From: Vicinamibacterales bacterium
GTDB taxonomy: Bacteria > Acidobacteriota > Vicinamibacteria > Vicinamibacterales > UBA8438
Assembly (NCBI GenBank): GCA_963663195.1
Contig: OY760136.1
Location: 1,982,300-2,046,299, forward strand
DNA: 64,000 nucleotides
Reading direction: 5' to 3'
The notes under the pieces were generated by a model. The model was not told the DNA's origin. It saw only the letters and a list, made by a program, of their open reading frames with translations, and did no database searches. Made by a program: the position numbers and the translations under genes. This document shows positions 18,096 to 30,148 of this stretch, piece by piece (the first letter of the stretch is position 1; each line of letters opens with the position of its first letter).

Positions 18096-19331
18096 GTGGC
18101 GCGGATGGAGCAGTATCTCGTCGGCCTTGATGTGGGGACGTCGTCCATCGTGGCGGTGGTGGCCGAGGCGCTCGAAGACGAAGGCCTGGACATCATCGGG
18201 ATTGGACGCGCCGAGTCGTGCGGCATTCGACGCGGCGCGGTGGTCAATCTCGACGCCGCGGTGGAATCGATCAAGCGGGCGATTGAGGAAGCGGAGTTGA
18301 CGGCCGGCGTCGAGATCGATTCGGTGCATCTCGGACTGTCGGGGACACACGCCAGGGCGGTCAACAGCCGCGGAGTCGTGGCCGTGACCGGGAAGAACCG
18401 GGAGATCTCCAGTGACGACGTGCGGCGGGCGATAGACGCAGCCAAGGCCGTGGCGCTGCCGAGCGGGCGCGAGATCGTGCACGTGCTGCCGCAGGACTTC
18501 GTCGTCGACGATCAGGAAGGGATAGACGCTCCGGTGGGGATGACCGGCACACGGCTGGAGGTCAACGTGCACGTTGTCACCGGCAGCACGGCTTCAACGC
18601 AGAACGTAGTCGCGTGCGTCAACCGCGTGGGGGTCGCCGTGGTGGACACCGTACTCGATCAGCTGGCTGCCGCGGAAGCGGTGCTCACCGAAGACGAGAA
18701 GGAACTGGGGGTGGCGCTCGTCGACATCGGCGGCGGCACCACCGACTTTGCGATCTACGAGAAGGGCAGCCTGTGGCACACGGGCGCCCTGCCGCTCGGC
18801 GGCGAGCACATCACGAACGACATCGCCGTCGGCCTGCGCATGCCGATCCCGGAGGCCGAGAAGACGAAGCTCCGTTACGGCTGCGCGCTTGCCGGACTCC
18901 TCGACGACGAAGACACGATCGACGTGGCCAGCGTCGGTGGCCGACCGCCGCGCACGATACCGCGGCGGATCCTGGCGGATGTGATTCAGCCGCGCGTCGA
19001 GGAGATATTTCGCCGCTTGTGGGACGAGATTCGCAACGACGGCTACGAACGCTCTCTGCATTCGGGCATCGTGCTGGCGGGCGGCAGCGGCATGCTCGAC
19101 GGGATTCTGGAGGTGGCGGGACAGATGTTCGACCTCCAGATCAGGCGCGGTCAACCGGTCGGGGTGGGCGGCTTGTCCGACCACGTGAGCAACCCTGCGT
19201 TCGCCACCGCGGTAGGACTGGTGCTGCATGCGCACCGCAAGCAGAAGGCGGAGCGGGAGACGGATGTGGGGGTAGGCGCATTCGGTCGCGCCGCAGTCCG
19301 CGTGCGCGGGCTGTTCAAGGAGTTTTTCTAA
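18096..19331 (+). CDS. ftsA: Cell division protein FtsA
   Basis: LVGLDVGTSSIVAVVAE actin-fold phosphate-1 motif; DIGGGTTD phosphate-2 motif. The start could instead be ATG 18105. Confidence 0.92.
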   Translation: MARMEQYLVGLDVGTSSIVAVVAEALEDEGLDIIGIGRAESCGIRRGAVVNLDAAVESIKRAIEEAELTAGVEIDSVHLGLSGTHARAVNSRGVVAVTGKNREISSDDVRRAIDAAKAVALPSGREIVHVLPQDFVVDDQEGIDAPVGMTGTRLEVNVHVVTGSTASTQNVVACVNRVGVAVVDTVLDQLAAAEAVLTEDEKELGVALVDIGGGTTDFAIYEKGSLWHTGALPLGGEHITNDIAVGLRMPIPEAEKTKLRYGCALAGLLDDEDTIDVASVGGRPPRTIPRRILADVIQPRVEEIFRRLWDEIRNDGYERSLHSGIVLAGGSGMLDGILEVAGQMFDLQIRRGQPVGVGGLSDHVSNPAFATAVGLVLHAHRKQKAERETDVGVGAFGRAAVRVRGLFKEFF

Positions 19332-19364
19332 TCGGAACGGACGTTCGGAGGAGGGCAGCAAGCC

Positions 19365-20630
19365 ATGACGGATCGGAACAGTGGGGAGCACAACGACGAC
19401 TGGACAGCCGCTGATGACATGCGTTTGTCCCTGGATGCTGCTGCCGACCCGGGCGCGCGCATAAAGGTCATCGGCGTCGGCGGCGGCGGCGGGAACGCCG
19501 TGGAGCAGATGGTGGGCGCCGGCATCGAAGGCGTCGAGTTCATCGTCGCCAATACGGATACGCAGGCGCTCGCGCGCAGCAGCGCACCGCTACGGCTGCA
19601 GATCGGCGCCAAGCTGACCAAGGGACTCGGCGCCGGGGCCGATCCGAACATGGGACGCAGAGCGGCGCTGGAGGACACGGGCGAGCTGATCACCGCGCTC
19701 GACGGGGCTGACATGGTGTTCGTTACCGCCGGGCTCGGCGGTGGCACCGGCACCGGCGCGGCGCCGGTCATCGCCAATCTCGCCACCGAGCTGGGGGCGC
19801 TGACGGTGGCGGTCGTGACCAAACCGTTCGCGTTCGAAGGCAAGCAGCGTGCCGCGCAGGCGGCAAGCGGACTGGATGATCTTCGCAAGTGCGTGGATAC
19901 GGTGATCACGATTCCGAATGAGCGGGTGTTGTCGATGATCGATCGGCGAACCAGCCTGACGCAGGCATTCGCCACGGTGGATGAGGTGCTCCTCCAGGCG
20001 ATTCACGGCATATCCGATCTCGTTCTCGTGCCCGGACTCATCAATCTCGATTTCGCGGACGTCACTACCATCATGTCTCGCATGGGCCTGGCCATCATGG
20101 GCACCGGCGTGGGCCGTGGCGACACGCGCGGCATTGACGCCGCCAAGCGCGCCATTTCCAGCCCGCTGCTGGAAGACGTTTCGGTGGACGGCGCGCGGGG
20201 GGTGCTGGTGAACGTAACCGGCGGCGAAGACCTCAGCATGATCGAGGTGAGTGAGGCGGTATCCGTCATCCAGCAGGCGGCCGACGAGGACGCCAACATC
20301 ATCTTCGGGGCTGTCGTCGACCCGCACATGGAAGGCGAGGTCAAGATCACGGTGATCGCCACCGGCTTCGATGATGCCGCCGAAGCGGCGATGCATGTCT
20401 CCGGAACGGCCCGGACACCGGTCGATCTGGAGGCGTACTCCGGCTGGCGGCGGCCGGACCCCGAGGAGGAGGAGGAAGCAGCGGCCGAACCGGCCCCCGA
20501 GCCGGTCGCCGACGTCGTAGAGGAATCCCAGCCGGAAGAGTCTCCGGCTGCCTACGACGCGGACGAGCAGGAGTTCGACGTCGATATCGCGATCGACGAC
20601 GATGCGCCGCTCATCCGGGCCCGCAGGTGA
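19365..20630 (+). CDS. ftsZ: Cell division GTPase FtsZ
   Basis: GGAGGAGGG RBS; tubulin signature [15 protein letters not shown]; acidic linker and C-terminal peptide [10 protein letters not shown]. Confidence 0.97.
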   Translation: MTDRNSGEHNDDWTAADDMRLSLDAAADPGARIKVIGVGGGGGNAVEQMVGAGIEGVEFIVANTDTQALARSSAPLRLQIGAKLTKGLGAGADPNMGRRAALEDTGELITALDGADMVFVTAGLGGGTGTGAAPVIANLATELGALTVAVVTKPFAFEGKQRAAQAASGLDDLRKCVDTVITIPNERVLSMIDRRTSLTQAFATVDEVLLQAIHGISDLVLVPGLINLDFADVTTIMSRMGLAIMGTGVGRGDTRGIDAAKRAISSPLLEDVSVDGARGVLVNVTGGEDLSMIEVSEAVSVIQQAADEDANIIFGAVVDPHMEGEVKITVIATGFDDAAEAAMHVSGTARTPVDLEAYSGWRRPDPEEEEEAAAEPAPEPVADVVEESQPEESPAAYDADEQEFDVDIAIDDDAPLIRARR

Positions 20631-20651
20631 TTCCCGCCCGGCGCGCGCGTC

Positions 20652-20969
20652 TCAGCGCTCGCCCGCTGGATCACCCGCGGTCGAGCCCTGCTCACAGGCG
20701 GCGTACGCGCTGAGGATCAACTCACGCAGAGGCTCCGCGTTGCCGGTCTCTCCGGCTGCGCGCAGAAGCACGTAGTGGCGCCGCTCGCCGTTGACCAGGT
20801 ACTGCCGGGCGGGAAAGGTCACGCCGCGGCCCCGGTCGTCGCGCCCGTCCCACACGGTGAAGCCCACTAGCTTCAGCCCCGCCAGAATGCCCTCCGAAAA
20901 GTGCAACTCCGCGTCCGCCAGCTTGCCCGCCGGCGCCCCGGCGGTGCTCTGCACGATCTTCACAGTCAT
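20652..20969 (-). CDS. Small SpoVG-like protein (tentative family assignment)
   Basis: A strong RBS (GGGAGGAGAG) lies 4 nt before the ATG. 105 aa. The pattern KLADAELHFSEGILAGLKLVGFTVWDG...VTFPARQY resembles the SpoVG fold. This is similarity by eye only. Confidence 0.45.
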   Translation of the reverse strand: MTVKIVQSTAGAPAGKLADAELHFSEGILAGLKLVGFTVWDGRDDRGRGVTFPARQYLVNGERRHYVLLRAAGETGNAEPLRELILSAYAACEQGSTAGDPAGER

Positions 20970-21139
20970 CTGTCTCTCCTCCCGCTAGCCGTTCTCGTGG
21001 GGAGAGCAAACCGCATACCATCCGAGGCCAAGATCGCGGTGTTGGCGCAACCGCTACATATGGCATGACTTGCGGGATCTGGCTGGCGGCGCTACCGGCA
21101 TGGCGCCGCCCGCGTCACGCCGAGCGTCAACCGCGGGCG

Positions 21140-21994
21140 TCAGCGGCTGAACAACATGACCTGTGCGAGTGCGAAGTCGCCCGAATGGCTGATGGTCACC
21201 AGCGCACGCGTTGCGCCGATTGCGTCGAAATGGCGGGCTGCCGTCCCGTGGAACCGCAGCCGGGGCGGACCTGCCTCGCGCACCACTTCGACGCTGCGCC
21301 AGATGACGCCCCGCGCATGACCGGTACCCAGCGCCTTCATCGCCGCCTCCTTGGCGGCGAAACGGGCGGCAAGATGTTGAGCGGGGCGTGCGCGGCGCAG
21401 GCTGTACGCGGCTTCATGCGCAGTGAAGACCCGTTCGACGAACCGTGGACCGTAGCGTTCGAGCAAACCGCCGACACGCGCGATGGATTCGATGTCGATG
21501 CCGATCCCGACGACGTCGCCGCCGTGTCCGGCGGATGCGGCGGTGGGCGCCGCCGCCGGTCGCGGCGTCTCCGCGCTGCCGACCACGCCGGCGCGGTCCA
21601 TGGCCTCGTTCGCCAGCCGATCGGCCTCGACGTTGGCCGATCGGCGCACGTGCTCGAACCGCACGCGACCGAGCCGCCGGACGATCGTCATGGCCTCGGC
21701 GTGCAACGGCTTGAGTCCCGGATGCCTGACCTTGAACCGACCGGTCATCTGCCGGGTGAGCAGCTCAGAATCGGACCGGACAATCGCGTCGCGGCAGCCG
21801 TTGCGGTCCAGCCAGGCGAGCGCGGCGAGCAGGCCGCGGTACTCGGCGACGTTATTGGTGGCGATGCCGATCGCGCCGGTCAGCTCGTCGATGAGCGAGC
21901 CGTCGTCCGCCTCGATGCGTACGCCGTAGCCGGCCACGCCCGGATTGCCGCGCGAGCCGCCGTCGATGTACGCAACGATCGATCCGGCGCTCAC
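21140..21994 (-). CDS. Fusion protein: RNase HI domain + holo-[acyl-carrier-protein] synthase (AcpS) domain
   Basis: GTG 21994 overlaps the stop of the upstream gene (GTGA). N-terminal half: IVAYIDGGSRGNPGVAGYG, NNVAEYRGLLAAL, RSDSELL, ANVEADRLAN (the D-E-D-D residues of RNase H). C-terminal half: VGIGIDIESIARV...RFAAKEAAMKALGTG...VTISHSGDFALAQVML (AcpS/4'-PPTase). There is no stop between the halves. Confidence 0.8.
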   Translation of the reverse strand: MSAGSIVAYIDGGSRGNPGVAGYGVRIEADDGSLIDELTGAIGIATNNVAEYRGLLAALAWLDRNGCRDAIVRSDSELLTRQMTGRFKVRHPGLKPLHAEAMTIVRRLGRVRFEHVRRSANVEADRLANEAMDRAGVVGSAETPRPAAAPTAASAGHGGDVVGIGIDIESIARVGGLLERYGPRFVERVFTAHEAAYSLRRARPAQHLAARFAAKEAAMKALGTGHARGVIWRSVEVVREAGPPRLRFHGTAARHFDAIGATRALVTISHSGDFALAQVMLFSR

Positions 21995-22728
21995 TCCGCC
22001 GTGCCGCCCTCCGGGGCGGCCGCCTCCGGCTCGAAGTACAGGACGCGCTGGCAGCTCTCGCACTGGATCAGGCGGCTGTTTGCCCGCACGTCGTTGAACA
22101 GCTGGGGCCGCAGTCGGACCTGGCAGCCCGAGCAGCGCCCGTCGCGGGCTCTTACGACCACGCTGCCATTGCGGCGTTCCGCGACCGTCTCGAACAGCGA
22201 CAACATTTCCGGCGCGACCGTTCCGACGTGGCGCGCGCGCTCGTCCACGATCTGGCCGAGCCGGCTCTCCAACGTATCCTGCTCGCGTTCCAGGGCGGTG
22301 CGCTCCTCGGCGACCGCCTTCTTTTCCGCGGCCAGGGTGGCGCTGGCGGTCGCTACCTCCGCCGTTAGGTCGTCCGCCTCGATCATCCGTTCGAGGATCT
22401 CGTCCTCCAGGCGGCGGATTTCGCCCTCCGCCGCGGACATCTCGCCCTGCATCGCCTGGTATTCCTTGTTGGTCTTGACCAGCATCAACTGCTCGCGGAA
22501 ACGGTCGAGCCGAGTCTGCACCGCCGCGAGGTTCTTCTCCAGCTCCCGCCGGGCGCTCCGCGAATCGTCGAGACTCTGTTGCGTGAGAGCCAGCTCGCCC
22601 TCGCTCGTCTCGAGCCGTGCGCCGAGCGTTTCGACCATGCCCGGGAGTTCTTCGATCCGCGCGCGGGCTACCGCCGCTTCGTCTTCGATTCGCTGCAACT
22701 TGGTCAGTTGTTCAAGGTCGGCCAGCAT
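21991..22728 (-). CDS. Coiled-coil zinc-ribbon protein (COG1579 / DUF164-type)
   Basis: ATG 22728 (MLADLEQLTKLQRIEDE). Long coiled coil. C-terminal C4 ribbon CSGCQVRL...CESCQRVL. The upstream part of ORF 21991-22881 would be translated through a terminator hairpin and is rejected. Confidence 0.8.
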   Translation of the reverse strand: MLADLEQLTKLQRIEDEAAVARARIEELPGMVETLGARLETSEGELALTQQSLDDSRSARRELEKNLAAVQTRLDRFREQLMLVKTNKEYQAMQGEMSAAEGEIRRLEDEILERMIEADDLTAEVATASATLAAEKKAVAEERTALEREQDTLESRLGQIVDERARHVGTVAPEMLSLFETVAERRNGSVVVRARDGRCSGCQVRLRPQLFNDVRANSRLIQCESCQRVLYFEPEAAAPEGGTAE

Positions 22729-22747
22729 CGGAGGCAGCTTTCCGGGC

Positions 22748-22772
22748 AAAAAAAAGCCCCGCGGGGCGGGGC
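22748..22772 (-). terminator. Rho-independent terminator (minus strand)
   Basis: The minus strand reads GCCCCGC-CCC-GCGGGGC followed by TTTTTTTT. It lies downstream of rpoD and tRNA(CAT) and 19 nt upstream of the next start codon. Confidence 0.8.
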
Positions 22773-22935
22773 GTGAAGGTTCTTGGTATCTGCGTGGCGG
22801 CCGGACGGCGTACGGTCCGGCAGGCGACGTCACGCAGGGATTGGCGCCAGAGCAGGCGCGAGATTGCCAGCACGGGACCACATCCTAGCACGGTTCGGGA
22901 CGCCGCCCGGCGCCGCCGGCGCGGGGCGTATCGAA

Positions 22936-23011
22936 TGGTGGGCCCACCAGGATTCGAACCTGGGACAAGCCGGTTATGAGCCGGCGGCTCTGACCGCTGA
23001 GCTATGGGCCC
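22936..23011 (-). tRNA. tRNA with anticodon CAT. It is an elongator type, most likely tRNA-Ile2 (lysidine), but tRNA-Met is not excluded.
   Basis: Reverse complement: GGGCCCA TA GCTC AGCGGTCA GAGC C GCCGG CTCATAA CCGGC TTGTC CCAGG TTCGAAT CCTGG TGGGCCC A CCA. It forms a perfect cloverleaf with an encoded CCA. A G1-C72 pair means it is not an initiator. C4-G69 and C5-G68 match the pairs I recall as TilS determinants. Confidence 0.9.
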
Positions 23012-23018
23012 CGTCACG

Positions 23019-24716
<1,698 letters not shown>

Positions 24717-24805
24717 CAGCTGTCCTCCTGGTTTCCAGGAGCCGAAGGCAGGCGCCACCTCCGCGCATGAGGCGTTCGCAACCTGCCTGCCGCCGCTACG
24801 CGCGG

Positions 24806-26611
24806 TCAGACGCTCGGCGCGCGCGGCACGTGTCGCGAATCATTTCCTCCCAGTTGCTCTATGCGTTGTACCAATTCCATCTTGCGCCGCAGAAGCGAAT
24901 CGATCTCCGCGGCCGCATCGGCGGAGTCGGTTTGCTGCCGGCGCGCAATCTCGTCCTGCAGCGTGACGCGCTGCCGCTCGAGCCGCCACCGCTGCATTTC
25001 CAGCACGCAGTCGCCGGCGGCCGCCGGCTTCCGCGATTCACTTGCGATACCCTCCGCCAGTGCGGCGTCTGCGCCGCTCACGCGATCCAGCAGCGCCTGC
25101 CGCACCGTCTCGGCGGGCCACTCGACGAGCGTCCGGGCGACCCGCAGGATCGACTCCGTTGTAAGGCCCTCAAGATCCGCCGGGTCCGTGTCCGCTAGCG
25201 CGTCGAGCGCCGCACGCGTGTCGTTCATCACGGCCCAGAGCAGGTCCTTCTCGACGGTTGTGACCGCCTGCCCGACCGATACCGTGGTGGCGGCGCCGAG
25301 GGAGGTCTGCCGCGCGACAGCGGCGCGCACAAAATCGGATCGAACGGTTTCCGACTTGATCTCTGCCTTGTGCATCACTCTATCGGCGAATTCTTCCCGC
25401 TCCGCGCTGTGCGGAATGCTGCGGGCCACTGCCAGCATATCTGACAGAAACGCCCTGCGGTGCGCATTGTGCGAGAGGTCGCGTCCGCCCGCCGCGTCGT
25501 CGAGCACGTAATCCAGGTACGGCCGCGACGTGCGCAGCGCCTCGGCATAACGTGCACCGCCGTGCCGACGCACGCACGTGTCCGGATCCTCCCCCTCGGG
25601 CAGAGTAGCGATGTTCACCTGCAGATCCTCGCCGATCAGCAGTTCTCCCGTGCGCGCGGCCGCGGTCCGGCCGGCGCTGTCGGGGTCGAAGCTGACGATG
25701 ACCTTCGACGCGAACCGGTGCAGCAATCGCCCCTGCTGCGCGGTCACCGCGGTACCGCACGAAGCCACCGCCGGCTGAATTCCAGCCTGCACGATCTGAG
25801 CGAAGTCGAAGTATCCCTCTACCATCACGGCGTAGCCCAATCGCCGGATCGCGGCCTTGGTGAGATGTAAACCATACAATGTCCGGCTCTTCGTATACAG
25901 CGGCGACTCCGGCGAGTTGATGTACTTCGGCTGCTGGCCGTTCTCCAGCGCACGGCCGCCGAACGCCACAATGGACCCGCTGTCGCGGCAGATCGGAATC
26001 ATCAGACGGTTCCGGAAACGGTCCACCACGCGGCCCCCGTCCCGCTCCACGACCAGGCCGCTTTCGAGCAGCACGTCGAGCGGCTGGCCGGCGTCGCCCA
26101 GGTGCCGCCGCAGGCTGTCGCGCTGTGAGGGAGCATAGCCGAGACCAAGCCGTTCGATCGTCTCGGGGCGAATGCCGCGCGCTTCGAGGTTTGCGCGGGC
26201 GCCGCGGCCGGCCGGTTCGCCCAGTTGCTGCTGGAAGTACGCGGCGGCCAGACTGTGGACCTTGAGCAGCGCCTCGCGCCTGGCGTCGGCGGCCGCGTCG
26301 CGCTCGGGATCGCCGGAGTCGGGGACCTGCAGGCCGAAACGCTGGGCGAGGAGTCGGACGGCCTCGGGAAACGCCAACTTGTCCTGCAACTCGACGAACT
26401 TCACGACGTCGCCGCCGGTGCCGCAGCCGAAGCAGTGAAAGAACCCCTTCTCCTGGTTCACATGGAACGAGGGGGTCTTCTCGTTGTGGAACGGGCACAA
26501 CCCCTTGTAGGTGCTGCCGGCCTTCTTCAGCGGGACGACGTCCTGCACGACCTGGACGATGTCGGCGTGCGCCTTGAGATCGTCGATGAAGTGCGGCGGA
26601 AAACGGCCCAT
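24806..26611 (-). CDS. dnaG: DNA primase DnaG
   Basis: Zinc ribbon [26 protein letters not shown]; [15 protein letters not shown]; located upstream of rpoD. Confidence 0.95.
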   Translation of the reverse strand: MGRFPPHFIDDLKAHADIVQVVQDVVPLKKAGSTYKGLCPFHNEKTPSFHVNQEKGFFHCFGCGTGGDVVKFVELQDKLAFPEAVRLLAQRFGLQVPDSGDPERDAAADARREALLKVHSLAAAYFQQQLGEPAGRGARANLEARGIRPETIERLGLGYAPSQRDSLRRHLGDAGQPLDVLLESGLVVERDGGRVVDRFRNRLMIPICRDSGSIVAFGGRALENGQQPKYINSPESPLYTKSRTLYGLHLTKAAIRRLGYAVMVEGYFDFAQIVQAGIQPAVASCGTAVTAQQGRLLHRFASKVIVSFDPDSAGRTAAARTGELLIGEDLQVNIATLPEGEDPDTCVRRHGGARYAEALRTSRPYLDYVLDDAAGGRDLSHNAHRRAFLSDMLAVARSIPHSAEREEFADRVMHKAEIKSETVRSDFVRAAVARQTSLGAATTVSVGQAVTTVEKDLLWAVMNDTRAALDALADTDPADLEGLTTESILRVARTLVEWPAETVRQALLDRVSGADAALAEGIASESRKPAAAGDCVLEMQRWRLERQRVTLQDEIARRQQTDSADAAAEIDSLLRRKMELVQRIEQLGGNDSRHVPRAPSV

Positions 26612-26617
26612 GGGTAA

Positions 26618-29077
<2,460 letters not shown>

Positions 29078-29121
29078 GCCGAATCCTCCGCAAAAGAGCG
29101 CGGCCGTTTGGCCGCGGGCGG

Positions 29122-29898
29122 CTATCCGTCCGCGGCGCAGGGCGGATGGTTGATGAGGCTGGCCATCGCCGCCGCCCCGAAGCCGTTGTCGATGTTGACC
29201 ACCGCCACGCCGGCCGCGCAACTGTTCAACATCCCCAGCAACGCCGCCAGGCCGCCGAAGCTGGCGCCGTAGCCGACGCTCGTCGGCACCGCAATGACGG
29301 GTACGCCGACCAGCCCCCCGATCACGCTCGGGAGCGCACCCTCCATGCCGGCGACGGCGATGATAACCCGCGCGCGGTCGATCCGTTCGCGCTCCGCGAG
29401 CAGGCGGTGCAGGCCCGCGACACCCACGTCATACAACGTGTCCACCGGGTTGCCGAGCACCTCGGCGCTTACCCGCGCCTCTTCCGCTACCGGCAGATCG
29501 GAGGTGCCGGCGGCGGCTATGAGGACGGTACCCTGTCCGCCGGGGGCGGGACGGGCGCGGTACGCAATGATGCGCGCCGCCGGGTGGAACTGCGCTTCGG
29601 GCACTACCTGCGCCACCGCCTCGTAGGCCGCCTCGTCGGTTCGGGTGACCAGCAGCGCCTGTCCGGCGGCCACGATCCGCTCGGCGATCGCCGCGATCTG
29701 ATCCGCGGTCTTGCCGGCCCCGAAGATCACTTCCGGGAAGCCCTGCCGAATGGCGCGGTGGTGATCCACGCGCGCAAAACCGAGGTCCTCGAACGGCAGG
29801 CGCCGCAGCATGGCGGCCAGCTCGGCCGCTCCCTGATCGGCGCTCGCGGCGCCGCGCGCAACCCGTTCGAGAACGTCCCGCAGCTGATTCTGGTCCAT
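29122..29898 (-). CDS. larB: LarB-type AIR carboxylase-like protein (pyridinium-3,5-biscarboxylic acid mononucleotide synthase family)
   Basis: ATG 29898 (MDQNQLRDVL). DHHRAIRQGFPEVIFGAGKT and VIIAVAGMEGALPSVIGGLVGVPVIAVPTSVGYG, as in COG1691/PurE-like proteins. Confidence 0.7.
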   Translation of the reverse strand: MDQNQLRDVLERVARGAASADQGAAELAAMLRRLPFEDLGFARVDHHRAIRQGFPEVIFGAGKTADQIAAIAERIVAAGQALLVTRTDEAAYEAVAQVVPEAQFHPAARIIAYRARPAPGGQGTVLIAAAGTSDLPVAEEARVSAEVLGNPVDTLYDVGVAGLHRLLAERERIDRARVIIAVAGMEGALPSVIGGLVGVPVIAVPTSVGYGASFGGLAALLGMLNSCAAGVAVVNIDNGFGAAAMASLINHPPCAADG

Positions 29899-29964
29899 GT
29901 CGGCGCTGCGGCGGTGCGCGATTGACTTGCAGAACCGTGGCCTGTACCGTGCGTCGCAGCGTGC

Positions 29965-30148
29965 CTGGCCCGCGTTTCTCCTCAACGTTCTGCTGCGGAC
30001 GCCGATCCGCTCGCGGCGGCGGGCCGTACTCCCTCACGTCGCTTCGACGTAGTTGCGACTACGCCTGCAGCGTCGTTCGGTCCGTGCGACCCATCACCCC
30101 GGCGCCTCGACGCCCGCGCGACGAACGCTGGTGAGAAATGCAGGCTAG
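29965..30148. mobile_element. MITE-like element, family 2
   Basis: Left end CTGGCCCGCGTTTCTCCTCAAC (degenerate); right end GCTGGTGAGAAATGCAGGCTAG. The interior is nearly identical to 51760-52031 apart from the nested cassette there (shared runs such as TTCTGCTGCGGACGCCGATCCGCTCGC and GGCGGGCCGTACTCCCTCACG). Confidence 0.75.

Noticed and set aside
21065-22888. 607-aa plus-strand ORF across the RNase H::AcpS and COG1579 genes. Analogous ORFs: 32638-34461, 36855-39110, 39188-41182, 41326-42384, 44153-45871, 47162-48658, 51876-54416, 57608-58726 and 60744-62753.
   Set aside because: These are shadow ORFs opposite genes with strong family signatures. Their composition is low-complexity and there is no RBS or domain evidence. 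Several read straight through the non-coding repeats.
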